A stretch of 64,000 nucleotides of DNA from Candidatus Latescibacterota bacterium (lineage in GTDB: Bacteria > Latescibacterota > UBA2968 > UBA8231), in contig CBDETK010000013.1 of the NCBI GenBank assembly GCA_965242865.1, forward strand, positions 3,328,001 through 3,392,000, read 5' to 3'. Position 1 is the stretch's first letter, and the number at the start of each line of letters is the position of its first letter. The position numbers and the translations under genes were made by a program. This document shows positions 1-8,445 of the stretch, piece by piece. Below the pieces are notes generated by a model. The model was not told the origin of the DNA, did no database searches, and was given only the letters and a program-made list of their open reading frames with translations.

Positions 1-306
1 CGGCTCAGCGGCCACATCGACGGGACGCCCGGCTGCTACTTGGTCGGGCCGGCCGGGGGGCTAACGCTCCACCGCGGCGTGATCCGGGCCGCCCGCCACG
101 TCCACCTAAACCCGGCCGAGGCCGCGTACTACGAGGTCGGCCCGGGGGACTTGCTGCGGCTGGTGGTAGAAAGCGAGCAGGGCGGAGTGCTCGAAGGGTT
201 GATCTGCCGAGTCGGCGACCGCGAGCACTTGGAGGTTCACATCGACACGGACGAGGGCAATGCGATTGATTTGGTACATGCCCGCAAGGTATATTTGGAG
301 CGTTAA
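1..306 (+). CDS. pduL: Phosphate propanoyltransferase / BMC phosphotransacylase, 5' part outside window
   Basis: Frame open from base 1: RLSGHIDGTPGCYLVGP...RHVHL...HIDTDEGNA, the PduL metal-binding motifs; BMC genes follow. Confidence 0.9.
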   Translation, partial: RLSGHIDGTPGCYLVGPAGGLTLHRGVIRAARHVHLNPAEAAYYEVGPGDLLRLVVESEQGGVLEGLICRVGDREHLEVHIDTDEGNAIDLVHARKVYLER

Positions 307-343
307 ACGCAACAATCCGCACAATTACTTCAGGAGGTAAGGG

Positions 344-907
344 ATGTCGGATGCAATAGGCATGGTAGAAACCGTGGGGCTGGTCGGAGTCGTCGAGGCC
401 GGCGACGCCATGGCCAAGGCCGCCAGCGTCCAGCTTTTGGGCTGGGATCGCGTCGGCTCCGGCTTGGTGACAGTGTTTTGCTCGGGCGACGTGGCAGCCG
501 TTAAGTCGGCCGTGGACGCCGGTTCAACCGCCGCGGCCAAGGTCGGGGAGGTGCATTCGGTACACGTGATTCCCCGCCCGCACAGCGAGTTGACGGCCGT
601 CGTGCCCGAGCGCGACGACAGCAGCGACAGCGACGACCGCATCCGCGCCTTGGGCCTCATTGAGACGAAGGGCACCATCGGCGTGGTCGAAGCGGCCGAC
701 GCCATGAGCAAGGCCGCCGACGTGGAGATCGTCAAGCTCCAAGACATCGGCGGCGGGTACATCACCGTCATCGTCAGCGGCGACGTGGGCTCGGTACAGG
801 CTTCGGTCAGTGCCGGTGCTGAATCGGCCGAGCGCGTGGGCGAGCTCGTAGCGCAGCACGTGATTCCCCGCCCCCACGACGATCTCGTCGCGCTATACTT
901 GCAGTAG
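344..907 (+). CDS. BMC shell protein with two BMC domains
   Basis: Two copies of A(I/L)G(M/L)(V/I)ET...ADAMxKAA...GDVxxV...HVIPRPH; AGGAGG RBS. Confidence 0.93.
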   Translation: MSDAIGMVETVGLVGVVEAGDAMAKAASVQLLGWDRVGSGLVTVFCSGDVAAVKSAVDAGSTAAAKVGEVHSVHVIPRPHSELTAVVPERDDSSDSDDRIRALGLIETKGTIGVVEAADAMSKAADVEIVKLQDIGGGYITVIVSGDVGSVQASVSAGAESAERVGELVAQHVIPRPHDDLVALYLQ

Positions 908-918
908 AGGAGAGAACA

Positions 919-1182
919 ATGAAAGCATTGGGTATGGTCGAGACCCGCGGTTTGGTTTGCGTCGTCGAAGCCCTCGACGCCATGTTAAAAACCGCGGACG
1001 TGAGCTATGCGGGCCAAAAGCGCGTGGGCAGCGGCCTAATCACCGTACTAGTCGAAGGCGACGTAGCGGCCGTCAAAGCGGCCGTGGATGCGGGAGCGCA
1101 AGCCGCCCAGCGCATCGGCGAGCTGCGCAGCGTCCACGTAATTCCCCGTCCAACTGAAGGACTGACCGATCACCTTGGTTAG
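919..1182 (+). CDS. BMC-H hexameric shell protein (EutM/PduA-like)
   Basis: ALGMVETRG...DAMLKTADV...[10 protein letters not shown]...HVIPRP, single domain, 87 aa. Confidence 0.95.
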   Translation: MKALGMVETRGLVCVVEALDAMLKTADVSYAGQKRVGSGLITVLVEGDVAAVKAAVDAGAQAAQRIGELRSVHVIPRPTEGLTDHLG

Positions 1183-1186
1183 CTAG

Positions 1187-1594
1187 ATGGCCGAGGCTTT
1201 GCACATCGACGTTCCGGTCGTCACCGGCGACGTGCTCGGGCGCACCCACCAGGGCGAGCGGGTCCTCAGCGTCTCCCCCGGTGCCATCCTGACGCCGACG
1301 GCTTGGGATTACATCCGCCAGCACCGGTTGCAACTGCGGCGCGGCGAGGCCGGCGAGGCCCCCGCCGACAGCGGTTGCGAGCACGAGGAATTTGGTTCGG
1401 GGTACGTTGAGCCAGCGCGTTGCGGCGATTGCGCTGTCCACCAGCGCAAGAAGGCCGGCGATGCCGCGGCGAGTTGCACCGGCTGCAATCGCTACAAGAC
1501 GCTTTTACAACAAATTGAGCAGGGCCAAGCCATCGCCCCAGAAGCCTTAGTTGAGCAGATCACCGAGCTAGTAATGCACCGGCTGGCAGACTAA
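1187..1594 (+). CDS. BMC-associated Cys-rich protein with a probable C-terminal encapsulation peptide
   Basis: N-terminal GAILTPTAWDYIR module (EutT/EutQ N-terminus-like), CGDC and CTGC motifs, amphipathic tail EALVEQITELVMHRLAD. Confidence 0.7.
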   Translation: MAEALHIDVPVVTGDVLGRTHQGERVLSVSPGAILTPTAWDYIRQHRLQLRRGEAGEAPADSGCEHEEFGSGYVEPARCGDCAVHQRKKAGDAAASCTGCNRYKTLLQQIEQGQAIAPEALVEQITELVMHRLAD

Positions 1595-1597
1595 GCA

Positions 1598-2176
1598 ATG
1601 GCCGGGGCAGTCGGCATGATCGAGGTGGAGGGCGTGGCCGCGGCCATTGTGGGGGCGGATGCGGCCTGCAAGGCCGCGGACGTGCAGCTCGCAGGCTGGG
1701 CATCGATCGGCGGTTATACCACGGCCTTTTTCACCGGGTCCATCAGCGATGTGGCCGCGGCACTGCAAAGCGGCGAAGAAGCCGCGCGAAGAATAATAGA
1801 ACACGTGGTAGCCGTACCCCTCCACCAACCCGCCGCGGCCTGTCGCCATTTTGTCGATTTTCCGGCCGGGGACCCCAGCGACGTTCCGGCTGGGGCCTTG
1901 GGGTTGGTCGAGACGCGCGGCTACGGGGTCCACATCCACACCAACGATCAAATGGTCAAGACAGCGGCTGTCGAGGTAATCAAGGTGCTGACGGTCCACG
2001 ACCGCGTGGTCTGTTCGCTGGTACTGGGCGACATCGGGGCTGTCACCGAAGCCATCGCGGTCGCGCAACAGCGGCTCGCCGGCTGCGAGCGCTTGCTGGG
2101 CACGGCCCTGATCCCGCAGCCCCGGCCCGAGGTCTTAGCTGCCTACGCCGGGCCGCTGGGAGCGAGCGGTGTCTAG
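1598..2176 (+). CDS. BMC shell protein with two BMC domains (divergent)
   Basis: AVGMIEVEG...ADAACKAADV and ALGLVETRG...DQMVKTAAV...IPQP. Confidence 0.9.
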   Translation: MAGAVGMIEVEGVAAAIVGADAACKAADVQLAGWASIGGYTTAFFTGSISDVAAALQSGEEAARRIIEHVVAVPLHQPAAACRHFVDFPAGDPSDVPAGALGLVETRGYGVHIHTNDQMVKTAAVEVIKVLTVHDRVVCSLVLGDIGAVTEAIAVAQQRLAGCERLLGTALIPQPRPEVLAAYAGPLGASGV

Positions 2177-3353
2177 CGGGGCAATCGGCGTCCTGGAGAC
2201 GCGCGGCATGGCGTCGCTCATGGCTTCCACCGACGCCATGCTCAAGGCCGCGGACGTGCAGCTCTGTGGGCGGCACGGCATTGGTTCGGGTTGGCTCACC
2301 GCCGTAATCGCCGGTCGAGTGGCTGATGTAGAAGCGGCCCTTGGCGTCGGCGAGGTCGAGGCGAACCGCACGGGCGAACTGATTGGTGCCCACGTGGTGC
2401 CGCGCCCGGTTGCGTCCGCCATGGACGCCATGCCCCACGCAGCGGGCCTCAGTGCCGAACAGGTCCCGGCCGGGGCGATTGGCCTACTGGAAACGCAGGG
2501 CCTGACGCCGCTCGTGGCAGGTGCTGACGCCATGCTCAAGGCCGCCCAAGTGACGCTCGGGGGTTGGGCCTTCATCGGCGGTGCCCTGTGCCACGCGCCG
2601 GTCTTTGGCGATGTAGCGACCGTGCAGACAGCCCTAGCGGCCGGCCGGCAAGCCGCCGAGCGGCTTGGCACCGTGTACGCGACCCTCGTTTTACCCCAGC
2701 CCAGCGACGGGCTAGGCCCGCTGATGCCACCTGCGCCGCCGGCCGCGCCGCGCTCCACCGGGGCCTTGGGCCTCATCGAGACCATTGGTTACGCCGCGGT
2801 CGTGGGCAGTGCCGACGCCATGCTCAAGGCCGCGGATGTCCAAATTGAGCGCTTGAGCATCGGCAGCGGCGGGCGGATCGCCGCGCTGGCCACGGGCCAA
2901 CTCGATGACGTGCAGGCCGCCGTGCGCGCCGGTGCCGAGTCCGCCACGGCCTTGGGGCAGCTCGACGCCTCGGCCATAGTCTCTGGGCCTGATCCCATGC
3001 TAGTAGCCCGCTTTGCGACCGCGCCCGAAGGGTTGGGGCCGGGGGCGCGGCAGGCCATGGGGCTGATTGAGACGCGCAGCACCGTGGCCTTGGTGCAGGC
3101 TGTCGATCGGATGCTCAAGGCCGCGGCCGTCGAATACGAGGGGGCCTATAAGGTGGGATACTACCTGACGGCCGCCGTCGTCCGCGGCGATGTCGGCGCG
3201 GTGCAAGTCGCCATAGACGCCGTAGGGCAGGCCCCCGTGCCTGCCCCAACCAGGGGGCCTGCCCCGCCCAGATCCCCAACCGGCGACTTGGTCTCGGCTT
3301 ACGCAATTCCCCAGCCTTACAGCGGCCTCGAAGGTCGCCTGCCGCACGTTTAG
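2169..3353 (+). CDS. BMC shell protein with four tandem BMC domains
   Basis: Four repeats of AxGx(L/I)ET...D(A/R)MLKAAxV in one 394-aa ORF. Confidence 0.9.
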   Translation: MSSGAIGVLETRGMASLMASTDAMLKAADVQLCGRHGIGSGWLTAVIAGRVADVEAALGVGEVEANRTGELIGAHVVPRPVASAMDAMPHAAGLSAEQVPAGAIGLLETQGLTPLVAGADAMLKAAQVTLGGWAFIGGALCHAPVFGDVATVQTALAAGRQAAERLGTVYATLVLPQPSDGLGPLMPPAPPAAPRSTGALGLIETIGYAAVVGSADAMLKAADVQIERLSIGSGGRIAALATGQLDDVQAAVRAGAESATALGQLDASAIVSGPDPMLVARFATAPEGLGPGARQAMGLIETRSTVALVQAVDRMLKAAAVEYEGAYKVGYYLTAAVVRGDVGAVQVAIDAVGQAPVPAPTRGPAPPRSPTGDLVSAYAIPQPYSGLEGRLPHV

Positions 3354-3365
3354 CGAGGACGCGAA

Positions 3366-4520
3366 ATGATTCGGATTGACGATGCAGTGATTACCGCTCA
3401 GACCTTGGAGAGCCGCCTAGCGGGCGAACGGCAGGTCGAGATCGGCCCCGGGGCTAAACTGACGCCCTCGGCGCAGGATTTTTTGCGCGTCCAAGGCGTT
3501 GAGGTGGTCCGCCGGGAAGCGGGTCGCCAAGCCCCGCCAACGCCAACGCCAACACCAGCGGCTCCTCAGGCATTTGCCGGCATTTTCTGCCCCAATGTCG
3601 TCCTTTTCGACCGCCAGAACGCGATCAACCACGCCGAGATGGAGCGCTACATCAACTGGCTGATTGAGGTTGGAATCCACGGGCTGTATCCCAACGGCAG
3701 CACGGGCGAGTTTGCCCGCCTGTCGCGCGAGGAGCGCGGAGATGTGGTGCGATTGGTCTGCGAGGTCAACAAGGGGCGCGTCCCGGTGCTGGCCGGCGCC
3801 AGCGAAGCCAATGTGCGCGATGTGCTCGAAATGGCCGAATACTACGCCTCGCTCGGGGTGGATGCCATTGCGCTGATGCCCCCCTATTACTATGAGATTT
3901 CCCCAGAAAGCCTCTTTGAGTACTTCGCCGAAATCGCCGAAGCATCGCCGCTGGACATCCTGCTGTACAACATCCCGCAATTTACCCAAGAGCTGTCGCT
4001 GGACTTGATGGAGCGGCTCTTGCCCTACGAGCGAATCTTCGGCACCAAGGACTCCAGCCGCGACCTGCCTCGGCTGCTCAACACCATGCACCGCCTGCGC
4101 CAACAGCGATCCGACTACGTGGTGATGACCGGCTGCGAGGAGATCGTATTCCCCGCGGTGATGATGGGCGCCAGTGGGGGCACCATCGCCACTTCGGGTA
4201 TCGTCCCGGAAGTCATCGTCGAGCTGTACGAAAGGGCCACGAGCGGCGACGTGGAGCGGGCCCGCGAGCTCCAATACCGCATCCTCGACCTAATTAACCT
4301 CATGCTCTTGGGCGTCAACTTCCCAGAGGGCTTTAAGACCGGGGTGGCAGCCCGCGGCTTCGACGTAGGCCCGGCGCGCACCGCGAGCAGCGCGGCCGAG
4401 CAGGAGTACCTGCTCAAGCTAGAGGGCCAAATCAACTGCGTCCTCGCGGATATGGGCTATCCCGTCCGCGGTCCCCGCGCCTGCCCGCCCACCGACCTGC
4501 CATCGATCGTCGGGCGCTAG
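3366..4520 (+). CDS. DHDPS/NAL-family class I aldolase with N-terminal BMC-associated module
   Basis: GSTGE, LLYNIP, GTKDSS (Schiff-base Lys); N-terminal GAKLTPSAQDFLR module then a PTPTPTP linker. Confidence 0.88.
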   Translation: MIRIDDAVITAQTLESRLAGERQVEIGPGAKLTPSAQDFLRVQGVEVVRREAGRQAPPTPTPTPAAPQAFAGIFCPNVVLFDRQNAINHAEMERYINWLIEVGIHGLYPNGSTGEFARLSREERGDVVRLVCEVNKGRVPVLAGASEANVRDVLEMAEYYASLGVDAIALMPPYYYEISPESLFEYFAEIAEASPLDILLYNIPQFTQELSLDLMERLLPYERIFGTKDSSRDLPRLLNTMHRLRQQRSDYVVMTGCEEIVFPAVMMGASGGTIATSGIVPEVIVELYERATSGDVERARELQYRILDLINLMLLGVNFPEGFKTGVAARGFDVGPARTASSAAEQEYLLKLEGQINCVLADMGYPVRGPRACPPTDLPSIVGR

Positions 4521-5594
4521 ATGGCCCTCGCGAGCGCGGGTGTGCTGGTGGTCGGGGCCGGTATCATCGGCCGCTCGATAGCCTATTTCCTCATGCGGCA
4601 AAACGCGCAGGTCACCCTGCTCGACGAGGGCATCGCTGTCGGCTCGCCCACGAGCCGGGCCTCTTTGGGCGTCCTTACCCACTGCAACGGCGGCGACAAT
4701 CCCTACGCCGAGCTTTTGCGCGACGGCCATGCCCTACACGCCCAGCTAGCCCGCGACCTCGACGCAGAGCTGGGGGCGGACGTGGGCTGGCGGCCCCTCG
4801 GCGGCATCGAGCTTTTTGCCGACCCATCCGAGCTAGAAGCGGTATGGCACTTCAATCGCGCCCGCGGCTGTCGGGTCGAGCGGCTCGACGCGCGGGCCTT
4901 GCGCGCTGCGGAGCCGGCGTTGGCTGGCGGCGAGGGCCTGTACTTTGCCGACGATCACCGGGTGGATCCCGTCAAACTGGGCGCGGTGCTTTGGGCGGCG
5001 GCCGCCCAGCGGGGTGCGGCCGCCGCTTGGGGCGAGCGCGTCTGGCGCGTTGCCCAAGCGGGCGAAACCGTTGAGGTCGCTACCAGTCGCGGAACGCACC
5101 GCGCCGATTTTGCGGTCTTGGCCGCTGGGGCCTGGACCGGCGGCTTGGCCGCCCAGCTCGGCGCCCGAGTCGCGTTGCGCCCGGTGCGGGGCCAGCAAGC
5201 GCGTTTTACGGGTGCCCCACTGCGCCACCTAGTGCGGGCAAACGGACGCCACCTCATTCCAGACAGCGGCGAAACGGTCGTGGGATCGACTGTGGAGGAG
5301 GTCGGCTTCCGGTTGGCAACGACCCGCGCGGCCGCGGTGCAGTTCGCCGCGGAGGTCCGTGCGGTGCTGGGGCGGTGCTTGCCCTTGTCGCGCCAGTGGG
5401 CCGGCCTGCGACCCAAGCCCCGGGGCGGGCGTCCGCTCATCGGCCCGCTGACGGACGCGCCGCGGGTTTTTGTCGCTGCTGGGCACTACAAAAACGGCGT
5501 CTTGCTCGGCCCGATTACCGGCCAAATCGTCGCTCGCTGGATCGCCGAGGGCACCCCGGGGCGCGACATGCGCCGCTTTGCGCCCGAGCGTTGA
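4521..5594 (+). CDS. FAD-dependent oxidoreductase, glycine oxidase ThiO/DadA family
   Basis: GAGIIG, PVRGQ, WAGLRP, GHYKNGVLLGP. Confidence 0.88.
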   Translation: MALASAGVLVVGAGIIGRSIAYFLMRQNAQVTLLDEGIAVGSPTSRASLGVLTHCNGGDNPYAELLRDGHALHAQLARDLDAELGADVGWRPLGGIELFADPSELEAVWHFNRARGCRVERLDARALRAAEPALAGGEGLYFADDHRVDPVKLGAVLWAAAAQRGAAAAWGERVWRVAQAGETVEVATSRGTHRADFAVLAAGAWTGGLAAQLGARVALRPVRGQQARFTGAPLRHLVRANGRHLIPDSGETVVGSTVEEVGFRLATTRAAAVQFAAEVRAVLGRCLPLSRQWAGLRPKPRGGRPLIGPLTDAPRVFVAAGHYKNGVLLGPITGQIVARWIAEGTPGRDMRRFAPER

Positions 5595-5627
5595 ACGTAG
5601 CTCCACCTAACACCGTTGAGGTTAAAC

Positions 5628-6569
5628 ATGCCATTGCAAAAAGAAGACCTACTCGCCGCGCTAAATTCGGTGACCTCCATCCCGGTGGTCCCCTTTCGCG
5701 GCGGGCGAATCGACTACGACGCCCACGCCAAGAACATCAACTACCTGATGGAAAACAACCACTTAGACGGCGGTCGGCCCCGGGTGATTGGCATCGCCGG
5801 CACCAGCTTGGTCCACCACATTAGCGCGGACGAGCAGGTGCGGTTGTTGGGATGTACCGGCGAGCTGATGGGAGGGCGCGGGGTGCTGATGGCCGGGATT
5901 GCCCCCAATCCGGTTGGGGATGCCGAGCGGTTGATCGAGCGGGAGGCCGCGCTCGAATACTCCCCGGATGTCTATCTCGTCATGCCGCTTACTGGCGTGG
6001 CCAATCCAGAGGGCATTTTTGCGTACTACGCGGATTTTGCCGAGCGGTTGGGGCGTGCGTGCGGAGCCAAGTTGCTCTACTACCTGCGCAACCAAGCCGA
6101 GCGCGAAACCGCCGTGCGGCTGATGAACGAGTCCGAGCACTTCGTCGGGCTGAAGATCGGCACCACGGTTGAGGACGTCGAGCCGATTGTCGCGGGGGTA
6201 AAAGAGGGAACGGCACTGGTGATATGGGGCGTGGGAGACCGCTCAACCGGGCCGGCCGAGCGCGGCACCAAAGGCCATACCTCGGGCATCAACGTGGCTT
6301 TCGCCCGCGCCTCCGACGCGATCAACAACGCCCAGCGCCGCGGCGATTTTGCGACCTCCCAGCAGATTGAAAACCAACTCGCGGCCCTGGAGGAGATTCG
6401 CTTCCGCAACGGCCGCATGTACAACTATTCAGCCGTAGTTGAGGCCATGCACTTGGGGGGGTTTAGGGATGTGGATGGCGGCGAGGGCGGCCCGTTCAAT
6501 CCGCGGGTGCCGGCCGAAGTCGCTGCGGAAGTGGCCGCGGCCATAGCCGACATTATGCACTATCACTAG
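5628..6569 (+). CDS. DHDPS-family protein (KdgD-like dehydratase/aldolase)
   Basis: SIPVVPF, LLYY, FVGLKIG; ATG at 5628 follows GAGG. Confidence 0.72.
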   Translation: MPLQKEDLLAALNSVTSIPVVPFRGGRIDYDAHAKNINYLMENNHLDGGRPRVIGIAGTSLVHHISADEQVRLLGCTGELMGGRGVLMAGIAPNPVGDAERLIEREAALEYSPDVYLVMPLTGVANPEGIFAYYADFAERLGRACGAKLLYYLRNQAERETAVRLMNESEHFVGLKIGTTVEDVEPIVAGVKEGTALVIWGVGDRSTGPAERGTKGHTSGINVAFARASDAINNAQRRGDFATSQQIENQLAALEEIRFRNGRMYNYSAVVEAMHLGGFRDVDGGEGGPFNPRVPAEVAAEVAAAIADIMHYH

Positions 6570-6868
6570 CCAACCCGGCGCAGCCGCGCCAGATAGGCGG
6601 CCCATTCGACCGGGAGCAGGTGCTGCTTTTGGCTGTTGCAGTGCTTGCAACAAGGGACCACGTTGGACTTGGCAGTTTGGCCGCCGCGGATGAGCGGCAC
6701 CACGTGGTCCATGGTCAGCTCTTCGGGCGCAAACGACTGCTCGCAGTAGTAGCATTGGCCAGCGGCCCGTTTGCGCTTCCACCACTCGGAGCGGCGCAAC
6801 CCCTTGGCCTTGGTTTTCTCTCGGGCGACGTGCTCGGCGTCGGCCGGGACGAAGTAGTTATTTTTCAT
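6566..6868 (-). CDS. HNH endonuclease
   Basis: CYYC...LTMDHVVPLIRGG...NVVPCCKHCN. Confidence 0.9.
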   Translation of the reverse strand: MKNNYFVPADAEHVAREKTKAKGLRRSEWWKRKRAAGQCYYCEQSFAPEELTMDHVVPLIRGGQTAKSNVVPCCKHCNSQKQHLLPVEWAAYLARLRRVG

Positions 6869-6926
6869 GGGAGATCAAGATGGCGCAGTTGTGAGCACCG
6901 TGCGAAGCCAATCACAAGTTCGGAAA

Positions 6927-7340
6927 TTACGCTGCTTGGTATCCCAAGTTCCACACGCGCAGGAGATCGCGACATCCCTGTTCAAAAGTTTGCGTAAAAT
7001 CGATTAACTGAATGGAAAACAGCGTCCAAGAAAGTTGCCCGTAGTTACAGGGTTGGTGCAAAAGGGGAATCATTTTGTTTTCAAAGTGATTCAGATGAAA
7101 AGAAAACATCAGTTCTTTCTTTACCCAAGTGGATCTCACTGAATTCGGCGATAAGACAAGCACAAACCAATCGCAGCGGAGAATCGCTTCACCAATTTCA
7201 TCATGCCATTGCTGGCCCCCAAGGACATTGGATCGACTGTACCAGACGCGAAGCCCATGCCGCCGCATCATGTCGACCAACTCTTCTACAAACTGCCGAT
7301 CTTGGTCAGAATGCGAAAGAAAAATTTCCGTTGGCAACAT
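6927..7340 (-). CDS. TIR domain protein (TIR_2 type)
   Basis: IFLSHSDQD...LVLSPNSVRSTWVKKEL; catalytic Glu present. Confidence 0.9.
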   Translation of the reverse strand: MLPTEIFLSHSDQDRQFVEELVDMMRRHGLRVWYSRSNVLGGQQWHDEIGEAILRCDWFVLVLSPNSVRSTWVKKELMFSFHLNHFENKMIPLLHQPCNYGQLSWTLFSIQLIDFTQTFEQGCRDLLRVWNLGYQAA

Positions 7341-7343
7341 AAT

Positions 7344-7790
7344 TCAAGAGATTGATGCAGATGTAGGCGGGGAGCTTGCTATATCGTTTTCCAGAATTGC
7401 CTGTGCGATTTGTTTAATCCCTTCTTCTTCCTCGTCGTATTCACCCATATCGATTATATGTAAGTGCCGAAGAATCCATGGAATCTCTTCTTTGGGTAGC
7501 TCTTCTGGATCGCCTACAAGGACGGGGATTAGGCGTTTGCGATAGTTTTGTTCGCCAAGAGCATACTCAATTTCCCGGCGTACCCAACTTGAACGCAGCG
7601 CGTCGGCGGTCAGGAGGACGACCATGGCTTCTGACTCTTTTAATGCCTGCGCTACCTTCTCCGTCAAAGTTTCCTCATACAGGATTTCACGGGTGGCATC
7701 CCACACGTCAAGGCCAGCTTTTTCTAAGCCTATCGCAACCTTCTTGACAAAAGGCTCATCCTTATACGCATGACTAATAAAGACTTTCAT
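7344..7790 (-). CDS. TIR domain protein (TIR_2 type)
   Basis: MKVFISHAYKD...VVLLTADALRSSWVRREI; start could be at 7832. Confidence 0.9.
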   Translation of the reverse strand: MKVFISHAYKDEPFVKKVAIGLEKAGLDVWDATREILYEETLTEKVAQALKESEAMVVLLTADALRSSWVRREIEYALGEQNYRKRLIPVLVGDPEELPKEEIPWILRHLHIIDMGEYDEEEEGIKQIAQAILENDIASSPPTSASIS

Positions 7791-7819
7791 AATCCAAACT
7801 ATCCTTTTCAACTTTTTAG

Positions 7820-8236
7820 CTACAAAGAGCACCTGCGAATAGCAGCTACGATGTTATTTGTTTGCCAACCAACCATTTCCTTGGCAAGGCACTGCACTTC
7901 AATCGGCACACGTTCTTGACCCCAAGGAGTAACTCCGATAATTGGCTTTTCATGGGATATGGCGATGGAGATTTCTTCCTGAATCCACTTTCTGTGGTTG
8001 ACATACATTCCAGAAACCACAAGAAAGCAGTTAATCGGGGCGATTTGTCGGTTAAGTGCTTGGCGTAGTTCCCCATCTGTCTTTGTTCCCAGTGGATCGT
8101 GCTCTGGAACTGAGTAATTGCGCCAATAGAAGTACGGTGCTTCATAGAGCAAACTCTCAAGGCGGTAGTACTCGGAGTTTTCGGCTCGACGCCATACATG
8201 ACTCAAAAAAAGATCATACATTTTAAGTTTTGGCAT
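7820..8236 (-). CDS. ThsB-like TIR protein (MTH538/DUF1863 type)
   Basis: LFLSHVW, NYSVP, GMYVNHRKWIQEEI, KPIIGV.PWGQER; AAGGAGGTG RBS. Confidence 0.85.
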   Translation of the reverse strand: MPKLKMYDLFLSHVWRRAENSEYYRLESLLYEAPYFYWRNYSVPEHDPLGTKTDGELRQALNRQIAPINCFLVVSGMYVNHRKWIQEEISIAISHEKPIIGVTPWGQERVPIEVQCLAKEMVGWQTNNIVAAIRRCSL

Positions 8237-8445
8237 ATCTACACCTCCTTATAATTTATTGATTGTAATGACCGAATCTTCCGAATATCATTTGCATGTT
8301 ACATTGTCTTTTTATACAATCTCCCTGCGTTGCCTCGTGTACACGGGGAGCCTTATGCCTAAGCAGGCTATGGCCCTATTCATTCATAGTGGCTTTAAGA
8401 AGATACAAAAGGAGCATAGCCTGCTCAAGCACTATGGGGCGCAAC

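Noticed and set aside
6566-6868. HNH nuclease as the effector of the TIR cassette
   Set aside because: GC-rich like host genes and resembles a common stand-alone small HNH with no ligand-sensing domain; adjacency may be incidental
6927-8236. Calling this a complete Thoeris system
   Set aside because: No ThsA-type effector is present in the window
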